The notes under the pieces were generated by a model. It saw only the letters and a list, made by a program, of their open reading frames with translations, had not been told where the DNA came from and did not search any database. From Gammaproteobacteria bacterium (GTDB lineage: Bacteria > Pseudomonadota > Gammaproteobacteria > Diplorickettsiales > Diplorickettsiaceae): a stretch of 42,108 nucleotides of DNA. Location of the stretch: the NCBI GenBank assembly GCA_013288455.1, contig JABDBU010000002.1, positions 1-42,108 of the forward strand, written 5' to 3'. Of the stretch, positions 26,658-34,767 are shown piece by piece. Positions within the stretch are counted from its first letter, which is position 1. Each line of letters begins with the position of its first letter. The position numbers and the translations under genes are program-made.

Positions 26658-27395
26658 TCATAGCCAAGGCGTAGTAAAATACGATAGCTTGCCAATGAAA
26701 TAATACATGAACAGGCTGAGCAAAATCAGTACCCATAGCGTGGCAAACATGAGATCAATTTGCATTTGTGCGTTACTACGCAATAATAAAAACCCCAGCC
26801 CTTGATTCGCCCCTATCCATTCGCTGATCACAGCAGCTAAAGGTGCCATGGCGGTGGCTAAACGAATACCTGAAGCAAGGTGTGGAAGCGCTGCAGGAGC
26901 ACGAATGTGATAAAGCACTTGCCAACGATTACCTCCCATCAATCGTGCACTATCCAAGTAAGCTTGTGGGGTTTGTTTCAAACCATCCAAAAAATTGCTA
27001 GTAATTGGAAAAAACAGCATCAATGTGATCGTAGTTACCTTAGTCACTGTACCATAACCAAACCAAATGACCAGTAACGGCGCGATGGCAAAAATCGGCA
27101 ATGTCTGACTGATGAGCAACAGAGGACGCAATAGGGAGTACACCATTCGAAATGAACACATCATGAAAGCTAAACCGGTACCCAATAGAATGCTAAAGCT
27201 GAGGCCCGCTAGCATCTCCAACAGTGTAGGTAAGGTTTGCATCATGATCAGCTGGCGATAATTGATGAAACTGCAAATAACTTGTAATGGTGATGGCAGT
27301 ATGTAACTTGGTAACCGGAAAACGACGATGACAGCTTGCCAAATTGCAAAAAAGAGTAAAATTAGAAACGTGCTGCGAATGGTTTTTGACATCAA
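26658..27395 (-). CDS. ABC transporter permease (nitrate/sulfonate/bicarbonate-type, ThiX/SsuC-like)
   Basis: Six hydrophobic segments, and an EAA-like loop (LDSARLMGGNRWQVLYHIRAPAALP). Confidence 0.85.
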   Translation of the reverse strand: MMSKTIRSTFLILLFFAIWQAVIVVFRLPSYILPSPLQVICSFINYRQLIMMQTLPTLLEMLAGLSFSILLGTGLAFMMCSFRMVYSLLRPLLLISQTLPIFAIAPLLVIWFGYGTVTKVTTITLMLFFPITSNFLDGLKQTPQAYLDSARLMGGNRWQVLYHIRAPAALPHLASGIRLATAMAPLAAVISEWIGANQGLGFLLLRSNAQMQIDLMFATLWVLILLSLFMYYFIGKLSYFTTPWL

Positions 27396-28126
27396 TAAGC
27401 TTCCTCTAGCCGGCTTAATAATTGGTTTTGCCAGTATAATAATTCAGGATTGTTTAATGTACGCGGAGGAATGGTATCGAATGTTAACGTTAAGTGATTA
27501 ATTTTTGTAGGATTACCTGACATAATAGCAATATGATGGCTCAATCGAAGTGCTTCTAGCGGATCATGGGTGACTAGTAACACGGTACGATTCTCGAGCA
27601 ATCGTGCGGATAAAGTTTGCAATCGGTATCGAGTAACCGAATCCAAGGAAGAAAAAGGCTCATCCATTAGAATAATGGGTTTATCTTCCAATAGTGCACG
27701 CGCCAATGCAACGCGTTGCTGCATTCCTCCCGACAACTGCGTAGGATATTTTTTTAAAGCCGATGTTAACCCCAGTTGATGTAATAGGTCTTTTGCTTGT
27801 TCAGTGGGTTGTTTTTCACTGCGTAATCGGTAGCCTAGTAAAACGTTTTTTATGACACTTAGCCAAGGCAGTAAAGCATTCGATTGTGGTAAATAGGCAA
27901 CACGCCCATATAGACTTTTTTTATCACTGGTTTTGATATCAGCACTGGCGGTTGGACTATGAAATCCAGCGATAAGCCGCAGGAGGCTGGTTTTTCCTAT
28001 TCCACTAGGACCCAGCAAACCAGTTGTTTGACCAGCTGGCAAACGCAAACTTAAACGGTCGAATAAAATTTGGTTTTGGTAGCGAAGGTAAGCGTTGTTG
28101 ATCGTAACAGTCGGCGAGTCAATCAC
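27392..28126 (-). CDS. ABC transporter ATP-binding protein (ThiZ/SsuB-like)
   Basis: Walker A GPSGIGKTS, signature LSGGMQQR, Walker B ILMDEPFSSLD. There is a 4-nt ATGA overlap with the permease. Confidence 0.9.
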   Translation of the reverse strand: MIDSPTVTINNAYLRYQNQILFDRLSLRLPAGQTTGLLGPSGIGKTSLLRLIAGFHSPTASADIKTSDKKSLYGRVAYLPQSNALLPWLSVIKNVLLGYRLRSEKQPTEQAKDLLHQLGLTSALKKYPTQLSGGMQQRVALARALLEDKPIILMDEPFSSLDSVTRYRLQTLSARLLENRTVLLVTHDPLEALRLSHHIAIMSGNPTKINHLTLTFDTIPPRTLNNPELLYWQNQLLSRLEEAY

Positions 28127-28633
28127 ATACTTTTGCTACACGGAAATTATCCCGATTTCATGATAATAGGGCACTCCTAAGTATAAAGGAGCCTATAGCA
28201 AAAAGAAAAGCATAAATTTCTGAAGAACCTAAGCCAAGGGTTTTCAGTGTCGGTAGTGGTGACATTAGATTTCATGAAAAACAGTTGCAAGAAACAGGAT
28301 TCACTGTCCGCTGTTATGATAAATTTTATTAAAGATGAAAATTCTGAACATTGTGAGGATAGCTGCTTTTTTGCAAAATTTCCGAAGGATAATTCATCAG
28401 TAATACCAGAAAATTGCAAGGATATAATTTTATTTTCAGCTTATCCTCACGGCTATCTCGATTCATTAGTCGAACGATATAGAAAAAATGGTGGTAATAG
28501 ATTATAGTCGAAGAAGCGAGAGGCAACGTCGCTAGTGCTAGTCCAAAAAACAGTTGCGTTGTCATGTAAAACAGGTTAACAGCAGTAAAAATGCCCGTGC
28601 CTGCGAGAGTGCGTTTTAAAATGTGGACCGTAC

Positions 28634-29938
28634 ATGAATACAAAAAATAATCAGCATCCTGATATTGCGAAAGGGTTAGCACGCCCCCCTCCGCTCGCTT
28701 ATATTGTCTATACGTTTGTATCCTTGTTTTTGTTTTACGAAATGGCATTGCAGGTCTCGCCCAGTATTATTACAGAGCAGCTCATGCGAGATTTGCACAT
28801 CGACGCAGTATACATCGGCATCATTTCTGGCATTTATTTCTATTCCTATGTGTTCATGCAAATTCCTTCTGGATTATTGTTTGATCGCTATCCTGCAAGA
28901 CTGTTGATTTCCATAGCGATATTAGTGTGTGCTATAGGGACCTTGTTTTTTGCAACAAGCAGCACGGCGCTACAAGCGGCCGTGGGACGCCTTTTAATGG
29001 GTGTCGGTTCAGCCTGCGCCTTTATTGCAGTACTAGTAGTTTCCAGCCGTTGGTTCCCCGCTACGTATTTTGCTTTTTTAGCGGGTATAGCTCAGCTGTT
29101 GGGAGCAGCAGGAGCGATGGGTGGAGAAGCTCCTTTGGCAATCTTCATCAATATATTAGGGTGGCGTTCTGCATTAACTTGGCTCGTTGGTATAGGCATT
29201 ATCCTTGCAGTAATTATTTGGATCTTTTTGAAAAATGAGCCGCCACGTCGTGTGCAGGTAGAACCTGTATTGCAGAGAAAATTATCCAGCGCTTGGCAAG
29301 ATCTAAAAACGGCTCTGTGCTCTTCACAAGGTTGGTGGATTGCAATTTATGCATTTTGCAGCTGGGCACCTGCTGCTACCTTTGCTTCATTATGGGGTGT
29401 ACCTTATTTAATGGCGCTGTATCATATATCAAGTACATTAGCCGCTACTGCATGTAGTATGATCTGGATAGGACTGATGATGGGGAGTCCACTGTTTGGC
29501 TGGTACTCGAGCAAAGTTGGTAAACGATTACCCCTTTTGCGCGGAGCAGCTTTGTTGGGGTTGGTGACATCACTCATTGTTATTTACGTGCCACAGCTGC
29601 CATTTTTATTGATGTGTTTGTTCTTACTGGGATTTGGTGTGGCGATATCAGGACAAATTTTGACATTTGCATTGGTTAATGAAAACAGCCATCCTACCGT
29701 CATGGCCACAGCCATTGGTTTCAATAATATGGCAGTCGTGGCAGGTGGAGCTGTTTTTCAGCCACTAGTCGGTACCTTATTGGGTCTGGCTTGGAATGGA
29801 AAAGTCGTCAATGGAACAGCTTTGTATACGGTTAACAACTATAGATTGGCACTGTGTGTTGTTCCGCTGTGTTTTTTAATTGGCTGGATAACAAGTCTTA
29901 CTTGTATTCGGGAGACTTTTTGTCGTGTAAAGTACTAG
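28634..29938 (+). CDS. major facilitator superfamily transporter (12-TMS type), substrate unknown
   Basis: 434 aa. MFS motif A GLLFDRYPARLL lies between TM2 and TM3, and hydrophobic segments occur throughout. Confidence 0.85.
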   Translation: MNTKNNQHPDIAKGLARPPPLAYIVYTFVSLFLFYEMALQVSPSIITEQLMRDLHIDAVYIGIISGIYFYSYVFMQIPSGLLFDRYPARLLISIAILVCAIGTLFFATSSTALQAAVGRLLMGVGSACAFIAVLVVSSRWFPATYFAFLAGIAQLLGAAGAMGGEAPLAIFINILGWRSALTWLVGIGIILAVIIWIFLKNEPPRRVQVEPVLQRKLSSAWQDLKTALCSSQGWWIAIYAFCSWAPAATFASLWGVPYLMALYHISSTLAATACSMIWIGLMMGSPLFGWYSSKVGKRLPLLRGAALLGLVTSLIVIYVPQLPFLLMCLFLLGFGVAISGQILTFALVNENSHPTVMATAIGFNNMAVVAGGAVFQPLVGTLLGLAWNGKVVNGTALYTVNNYRLALCVVPLCFLIGWITSLTCIRETFCRVKY

Positions 29939-29981
29939 ATTAATTTATTTTTTCCGTTTATTAATTGAAGGAGATATTGCT

Positions 29982-30647
29982 ATGTTAGATATACTGTATT
30001 TAGATAATCAGCTTGATAAAAAGCATCTATTAAAGCACCCTTTTTATGAAGCATGGTCGGAAGGTCGACTGTCATTAGATGATTTACGCACCTATGCTTG
30101 CCAATACTATCATCATGTGGAAGCTTTCCCACGTTATTTGAGCGCAACACATAGTAATTGCGACTCTTTGCCAATTCGCCAGGTTTTGTTGGATAATTTG
30201 ATCGACGAAGAACAAGGTCCCAGCAATCACCCTGCACTGTGGTTACAGTTTGCAAATGGTTTGGGTTTATCTGAATCCAGGGTGAAGGAAACAAAATTAT
30301 TTCCAGAAACTGCACAATTAATCGATGATTTTAAATCTTTATCACGCTCTTCTTATGTGGAGGGCATTGCGGCGCTCTATACTTATGAACGGCAAGTTCC
30401 CTATACAGCAGCGAGCAAAATTACTGGATTAAAGAAGCATTACGGAATTGACGATGCAAAGACGTTGAAATTTTTTACTGTACATCTGCACGCAGATGTT
30501 GAGCACGCTAATGCAACGAGAACACTGCTTGAACAATTGCCGGAAAATGAGCAGATCGTCACAGAGAACGCTGCTATTAAGATTGCTGATTCGCTGTGGA
30601 CGCTTTTGACAGGCATACTACATAGAACGTGCGGTGCTACTTGTTAA
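29982..30647 (+). CDS. CADD/CT610-family heme-oxygenase-like dimetal oxygenase (self-sacrificing p-aminobenzoate synthase type; TenA/PqqC fold)
   Basis: LKHPFYEAWSEGRLSLDDLRTYACQYYHHVEAFPRYLSATHS, LLDNLIDEEQGPSNHPALW, ALYTYERQVP..ASKITGL and HLHADVEHA align with the blocks I recall from Chlamydia trachomatis CT610 (HTFYVKWSKGEL...YAKDYYLHIKAFPKYLSAIHS, LLDNLMDEENGYPNHIDLW, ALYSYESQIP..REKIRGL, EHEEADVRHA). The aligned positions include the Tyr and Lys implicated in pABA formation and the metal ligands. A strong SD (GAAGGAG) lies 8 nt upstream. Confidence 0.85.
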   Translation: MLDILYLDNQLDKKHLLKHPFYEAWSEGRLSLDDLRTYACQYYHHVEAFPRYLSATHSNCDSLPIRQVLLDNLIDEEQGPSNHPALWLQFANGLGLSESRVKETKLFPETAQLIDDFKSLSRSSYVEGIAALYTYERQVPYTAASKITGLKKHYGIDDAKTLKFFTVHLHADVEHANATRTLLEQLPENEQIVTENAAIKIADSLWTLLTGILHRTCGATC

Positions 30648-30675
30648 TGGTATAGATAATTTTTAGAGTGGGGGT

Positions 30676-31134
30676 ATGTTTGTTATGGAAGGAATCAAAA
30701 AAAAACAAAAAGGACTTACCCTACTCGAGTTGATGATCGTTATTGCTATCATCGGTATACTCGCAGCAATCGCTATTCCCAGTTACAAAAACTATAGTAA
30801 TCGTGCTAAATTTTCCGAAGTTATTCAAGCAATAGCTCCCTTTAAATTGGCCGTTATAACCTGTTTTCATGAACAGGACGGCCTGAATGCTTGTGGTAAT
30901 GCAGGGGAAAATGGTTTGCCCCATAATTTTAAAACAGAAAACGCCGCTAAAGGCTACGTTGCAACTGTAGAAGTAGCTAAAAATGGCCAGATTGTAGCAA
31001 CTTCTCAGAGAATTCGCGTCAACAAAATCGAACACTTTACCTACATATTGACCCCTGTCCTCACAGTTGATGGACAGCTAAGCTGGAGTATTAGCGGGAC
31101 CTGTGTACAACAAGGATTGTGCAAACCAGAATAG
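30676..31134 (+). CDS. type IV pilin (type IVa, PilA/PilE-like)
   Basis: Class III signal KKKQKG|LTLLELMIVIAIIGILAAIAIPSY with Glu at +5, and a C-terminal disulfide pair CVQQGLC. The start is ATG at 30676 or 30685. Confidence 0.9.
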   Translation: MFVMEGIKKKQKGLTLLELMIVIAIIGILAAIAIPSYKNYSNRAKFSEVIQAIAPFKLAVITCFHEQDGLNACGNAGENGLPHNFKTENAAKGYVATVEVAKNGQIVATSQRIRVNKIEHFTYILTPVLTVDGQLSWSISGTCVQQGLCKPE

Positions 31135-31288
31135 CTTTAGGACACCTCTATACAAATTGCCATTTTGCTTCAAGACAAGGCGTGGTGGCGGCGAGCAGCG
31201 GGAGTTTACACGGGGTAAATGAGTTGCACAGGCAACTTCACAACGATGGATTGAAGCAAAATTTCTAATTTCTAGAAGCGCCCTTTAG
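31135..31288. repeat. 154-bp composite element: two ~39-bp imperfect inverted copies of the dispersed repeat flanking a 77-bp comparatively GC-rich core, starting at the base after the pilin stop codon
   Basis: The left arm 31135-31173 (CTTTAGGACACCTCTATACAAATTGCCATTTTGCTTCAA) is the imperfect reverse complement of the right arm 31251-31288 (TTGAAGCAAAATTTCTAATTTCTAGAAGCGCCCTTTAG). Confidence 0.75.
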
Positions 31289-31380
31289 TGTCTATGCGAA
31301 ATGCGTTAGCAAGCGTGCTATCCTAGAAAATTTTCAACGTGAGCTCGCCGCTTCTGTCTTGCGGCGTCTAAGTGGACGAC

Positions 31381-34236
31381 ATGATCGATTATAAAAATAC
31401 GCTAAACCTGCCTGTTACCAAGTTTCCTATGAAAGCAAATTTGGCTCATACCGAGCTAGCTATTTTAAAGCATTGGGAAACTTTGGAAATTCACCAGCGA
31501 TTACGTGAAAAAAACCGGAACAATCCCAAGTATATTCTGCACGACGGGCCACCCTATGCGAATGGCCAAATTCACATTGGCCACGCTGTGAACAAAATTT
31601 TGAAAGATATTATTATTAAGGCTAAAACCTTCAGTGCATTTGATGCACCATACGTACCAGGCTGGGATTGCCACGGTCTTCCAATTGAATTAAATGTTGA
31701 AAAAAAATACGGAGTTGCGGGGAGCAAGCTGTCGCCCACAGCGTTTCGTCAAGCATGTCGTGAATATGCACAAACTCAAATATCCTTGCAACGCGATGAA
31801 TTTAAACGTTTGGGCATCATAGGGGATTGGAACCGTCCTTACCTGACTATGGATTTTAGGTTTGAGGCCAATGTCATTCGTGCCCTAGGTAAAGTAATTA
31901 GTCGAGGACATCTGCAACAAGGATTTAAGCCAGTGCATTGGTGTATCAATTGCAGCTCCGCTTTAGCAGAAGCAGAACTGGAGTATGCTGACAAGCTTTC
32001 AGTGGCAGCAGATATTCGATTTCGAGTGTTCAATGAAACGGATTTTTTAAATCGGTTTTCTGCCAGGGTGGGTCATGGTCCCATTGTTATTCCCATTTGG
32101 ACAACTACACTGTGGACGTTGCCTGCTAATGAAGCCGTAGCTCTCAATCCTACCGTTGAATATATTTTAATTCAAACAAAAACAGAGCGCTTATTGCTTG
32201 CTAGGCCTTTATTAGAGACTAACTTAATACGCTATAAGATAACGCATTATCAATGTTTAGGCTTAGTAAACGGCAGCCTATTGGAAGGTGTTTTATTACA
32301 ACACCCTTTTTATCATCGCCAAGTCCCCATTATCCTGGGTGAACATGTTACGACTGAAACAGGAACCGGAGCGGTGCATACGGCGCCTGCTCACGGTTCA
32401 GAGGACTATATAGTTGCTAAAAAATACGGATTACCTTTGTTAAATCCAGTCGGAGACAATGGTTGTTATTTGCCAGGTACTGTTTTATTTACTGGCGAAC
32501 ATGTATTCAAAGTCGATACCAAAATGCTTAAGCTTTTAAAAGAACAGGAAAATTTATTGCATGAGGAAGTTATTAAACATAGTTATCCGCATTGCTGGCG
32601 ACACAAGACTCCCTTAATTTTTCGTGCAACACCCCAATGGTTCATCAGTATGCAGCAGCAGGGTTTGCGTGCAGACAGCTTGGCAGCGATTAAGAAAGTA
32701 TGCTGGTCTCCTGAGTGGGGTCTAGCACGTATGGAGGCGATGATTTGCAATCGACCCGATTGGTGTATTTCGCGACAACGCAGCTGGGGTGTGCCAATTC
32801 CACTATTCGTGCATCGAGCATCGCGGGAATTGCATCCCCAAAGCCTAGATTTCTTGGAATGCATCGCTAGGCGTGTAGAGAAACAAGGTATTGACGCTTG
32901 GTATAGTTGTCGTACAGAAGAGTTACTGGGTAGTGCAGCCGAAGAATATGAAAAATTATCCGATTGTTTGGATGTATGGTTTGATTCAGGCATCACGCAT
33001 TATGCTGTTTTGATGCAAAATTCTGCGTTGGCCTATCCCGCCGACTTATATTTAGAAGGTTCTGATCAACACCGCGGATGGTTTCAGTCTTCCTTGTTGA
33101 CCTCTGTTGCAATGCATGGGGAAGCACCCTATAAAGCTGTTTTAATACATGGATTTACGGTAGATGACAAAGGTCGCAAGATGTCAAAGTCTTTGGGCAA
33201 CGTGCTGGCTCCCGACAAAATAATCCAAAATTTAGGCGCTGATATTCTACGATTATGGGTTTCATCAACGGATTATCGCAAAGAAATGGTGGTGTCCGAT
33301 GAAATTTTAAAGCGCACGGCAGAAGCGTATCGTCGTATACGAAACACTTTTCGTTTTTTGTTAGCCAATTTGCATGACTTTGATCCAGCTAATCACTGTG
33401 TTTCACCCGATAGACAACTATCTTTAGATAGATGGATTATAGAACGCGCTAGTGTGTTACAACGAGAAATCACCGATGCGTATGAAGAGTATCAATTTCA
33501 TATTATCTATCAAAAATTACACAATTTTTGCATTACTGATCTGGGAAGTTTTTATCTCGACGTCATTAAAGATCGCCAATATACGTTACCAAAGGATAGT
33601 ATGGCGCGTCGTTCTGCACAAACTGCACTGTTTTATATCGCTGAAGCGATGGTTCGCTGGTCCGCACCTATTCTAAGTTTTACAGCAGAAGAAATTTGGA
33701 ATTTTCTTCCTGGGACGCGGGAAAAAACAGTTTTTTTAAATGAATGGTATAAGTTACCACTTTCTTCAATCCAAGATCCACTGCATGCAATTTATCAACA
33801 GTGGGACAGGCAAACCTATTGGAGTTTGCTAATTCAAATACGTAATGAGGTCAATAAAGTTATTGAAGAGTTTCGGATGGAGGGTAAATTGGGTTCTTCT
33901 TTGGAAGCTGAAGTTGAATTGACGGTTTTATCGAATTCCCAATTATTTATGGTACTGAGTGCATTGAAAGAGGAATTACGCTTTTTGCTAATTACCTCAG
34001 ATGCAAAACTTTCGGTAGGCCCAGTGCATGAACAAGCTACGCAGGTGTGGCTTGGCGGAGAGGTACTGGGTACATTAGCAATAAAAGTCACTGTTGCTAC
34101 GGGCAACAAGGTAAAATGTGTACGTTGTTGGCATCGTTGTTCAGATATTGGTCAGGATTCTGCTCATCCCACTATCTGTCAACGTTGTGTGGGAAATTTA
34201 TCTGCAGGAGAAGGAGAGCGACGTTGCTACGTGTAG
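31381..34236 (+). CDS. ileS: isoleucyl-tRNA synthetase
   Basis: HIGH (PYANGQIHIGH), KMSKS and the C-terminal Zn-finger CVRCWHR...CQRC are present. ATG at 31381 gives MIDYKNTLNLP..., like E. coli MSDYKSTLNLP...; the track start at 31372 is GTG. Confidence 0.97.
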   Translation: MIDYKNTLNLPVTKFPMKANLAHTELAILKHWETLEIHQRLREKNRNNPKYILHDGPPYANGQIHIGHAVNKILKDIIIKAKTFSAFDAPYVPGWDCHGLPIELNVEKKYGVAGSKLSPTAFRQACREYAQTQISLQRDEFKRLGIIGDWNRPYLTMDFRFEANVIRALGKVISRGHLQQGFKPVHWCINCSSALAEAELEYADKLSVAADIRFRVFNETDFLNRFSARVGHGPIVIPIWTTTLWTLPANEAVALNPTVEYILIQTKTERLLLARPLLETNLIRYKITHYQCLGLVNGSLLEGVLLQHPFYHRQVPIILGEHVTTETGTGAVHTAPAHGSEDYIVAKKYGLPLLNPVGDNGCYLPGTVLFTGEHVFKVDTKMLKLLKEQENLLHEEVIKHSYPHCWRHKTPLIFRATPQWFISMQQQGLRADSLAAIKKVCWSPEWGLARMEAMICNRPDWCISRQRSWGVPIPLFVHRASRELHPQSLDFLECIARRVEKQGIDAWYSCRTEELLGSAAEEYEKLSDCLDVWFDSGITHYAVLMQNSALAYPADLYLEGSDQHRGWFQSSLLTSVAMHGEAPYKAVLIHGFTVDDKGRKMSKSLGNVLAPDKIIQNLGADILRLWVSSTDYRKEMVVSDEILKRTAEAYRRIRNTFRFLLANLHDFDPANHCVSPDRQLSLDRWIIERASVLQREITDAYEEYQFHIIYQKLHNFCITDLGSFYLDVIKDRQYTLPKDSMARRSAQTALFYIAEAMVRWSAPILSFTAEEIWNFLPGTREKTVFLNEWYKLPLSSIQDPLHAIYQQWDRQTYWSLLIQIRNEVNKVIEEFRMEGKLGSSLEAEVELTVLSNSQLFMVLSALKEELRFLLITSDAKLSVGPVHEQATQVWLGGEVLGTLAIKVTVATGNKVKCVRCWHRCSDIGQDSAHPTICQRCVGNLSAGEGERRCYV

Positions 34237-34283
34237 TGGGTAGGTTTTTCAAATGGTAATTTTTGTTTACTCAAGTAACTACT

Positions 34284-34767
34284 ATGTTTCATAAAAAAAT
34301 GAGTTGCTTATCCTGGCTTTATTTGAGCGTGTTGGTTGTAATACTCGATTTCATCACAAAAACATGGATGAGTGTTTGGTTAAATGGTTGGGGAATTGTC
34401 CATGTTTTTCCTTACTTAAATCTCATTTTGGCCCACAATTCTGGTTCTGCTTTTAGTTTTTTGGCATGGGCAGATGGCTGGCAACGTTGGTTATTCGCCA
34501 CCATTAGCCTGGGTGTTAGTGTCTATTTAGTTTATTTGCTATATCGGGGGGGGGATCAATCACTGGTCGGCCTGTGCCATTGCCTTAATTATAGGTGGTG
34601 CACTGGGGAATCTTTACGATCGCTTGACCTTAGGTTGGGTCGTTGATTTTATCGATTTTCATATAGCTCACTGGCATTTTGCTACCTTCAATCTAGCAGA
34701 TGCCGCTATCTCGGTGGGTGCTGCTCTGTGGATCATCGCCGGTTATCAATGGAAAAAAAATACATGA
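34284..34767 (+). pseudogene. lspA: lipoprotein signal peptidase (signal peptidase II) LspA, reading frame broken at a G9 homopolymer (34546-34554)
   Basis: The N-terminal ~90 codons (...LNLILAHNSGSAFSFLAWADGWQRW...) are in one frame. The conserved C-terminal 70 codons ([63 protein letters not shown]...) are in the +1 frame, ending at TGA 34765-34767. Deleting one G restores a ~160-aa LspA. Confidence 0.85.

Noticed and set aside
28127-28330. Expected TPP (THI-box) riboswitch in the leader of the ThiXYZ-like ABC operon (minus strand)
   Set aside because: The minus-strand leader contains CUGAAAACCC but lacks the GGGGUGC start, the CUGAGA box and the ACCUGAUCUGGAUAAUGCCAGCG core. I cannot support a riboswitch call without a covariance-model scan.
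28329-28748. 139-aa minus-strand ORF spanning the MFS transporter start
   Set aside because: It overlaps the well-supported MFS N-terminus in antisense and runs into the intergenic gap, with no recognisable motif.
31174-31250. GC-richer 77-bp core of the composite repeat element as a small RNA or peptide gene
   Set aside because: It has no promoter or terminator signature, no ORF with a start, and no similarity to the sequence flanking the solo repeat at 16032-16066. I cannot support a gene call.
34728-34763. GTG 34728 as the start of the APC permease
   Set aside because: It lies inside the restored lspA reading frame. ATG at 34764 forms a classic ATGA stop/start overlap and begins right before the first TM segment.
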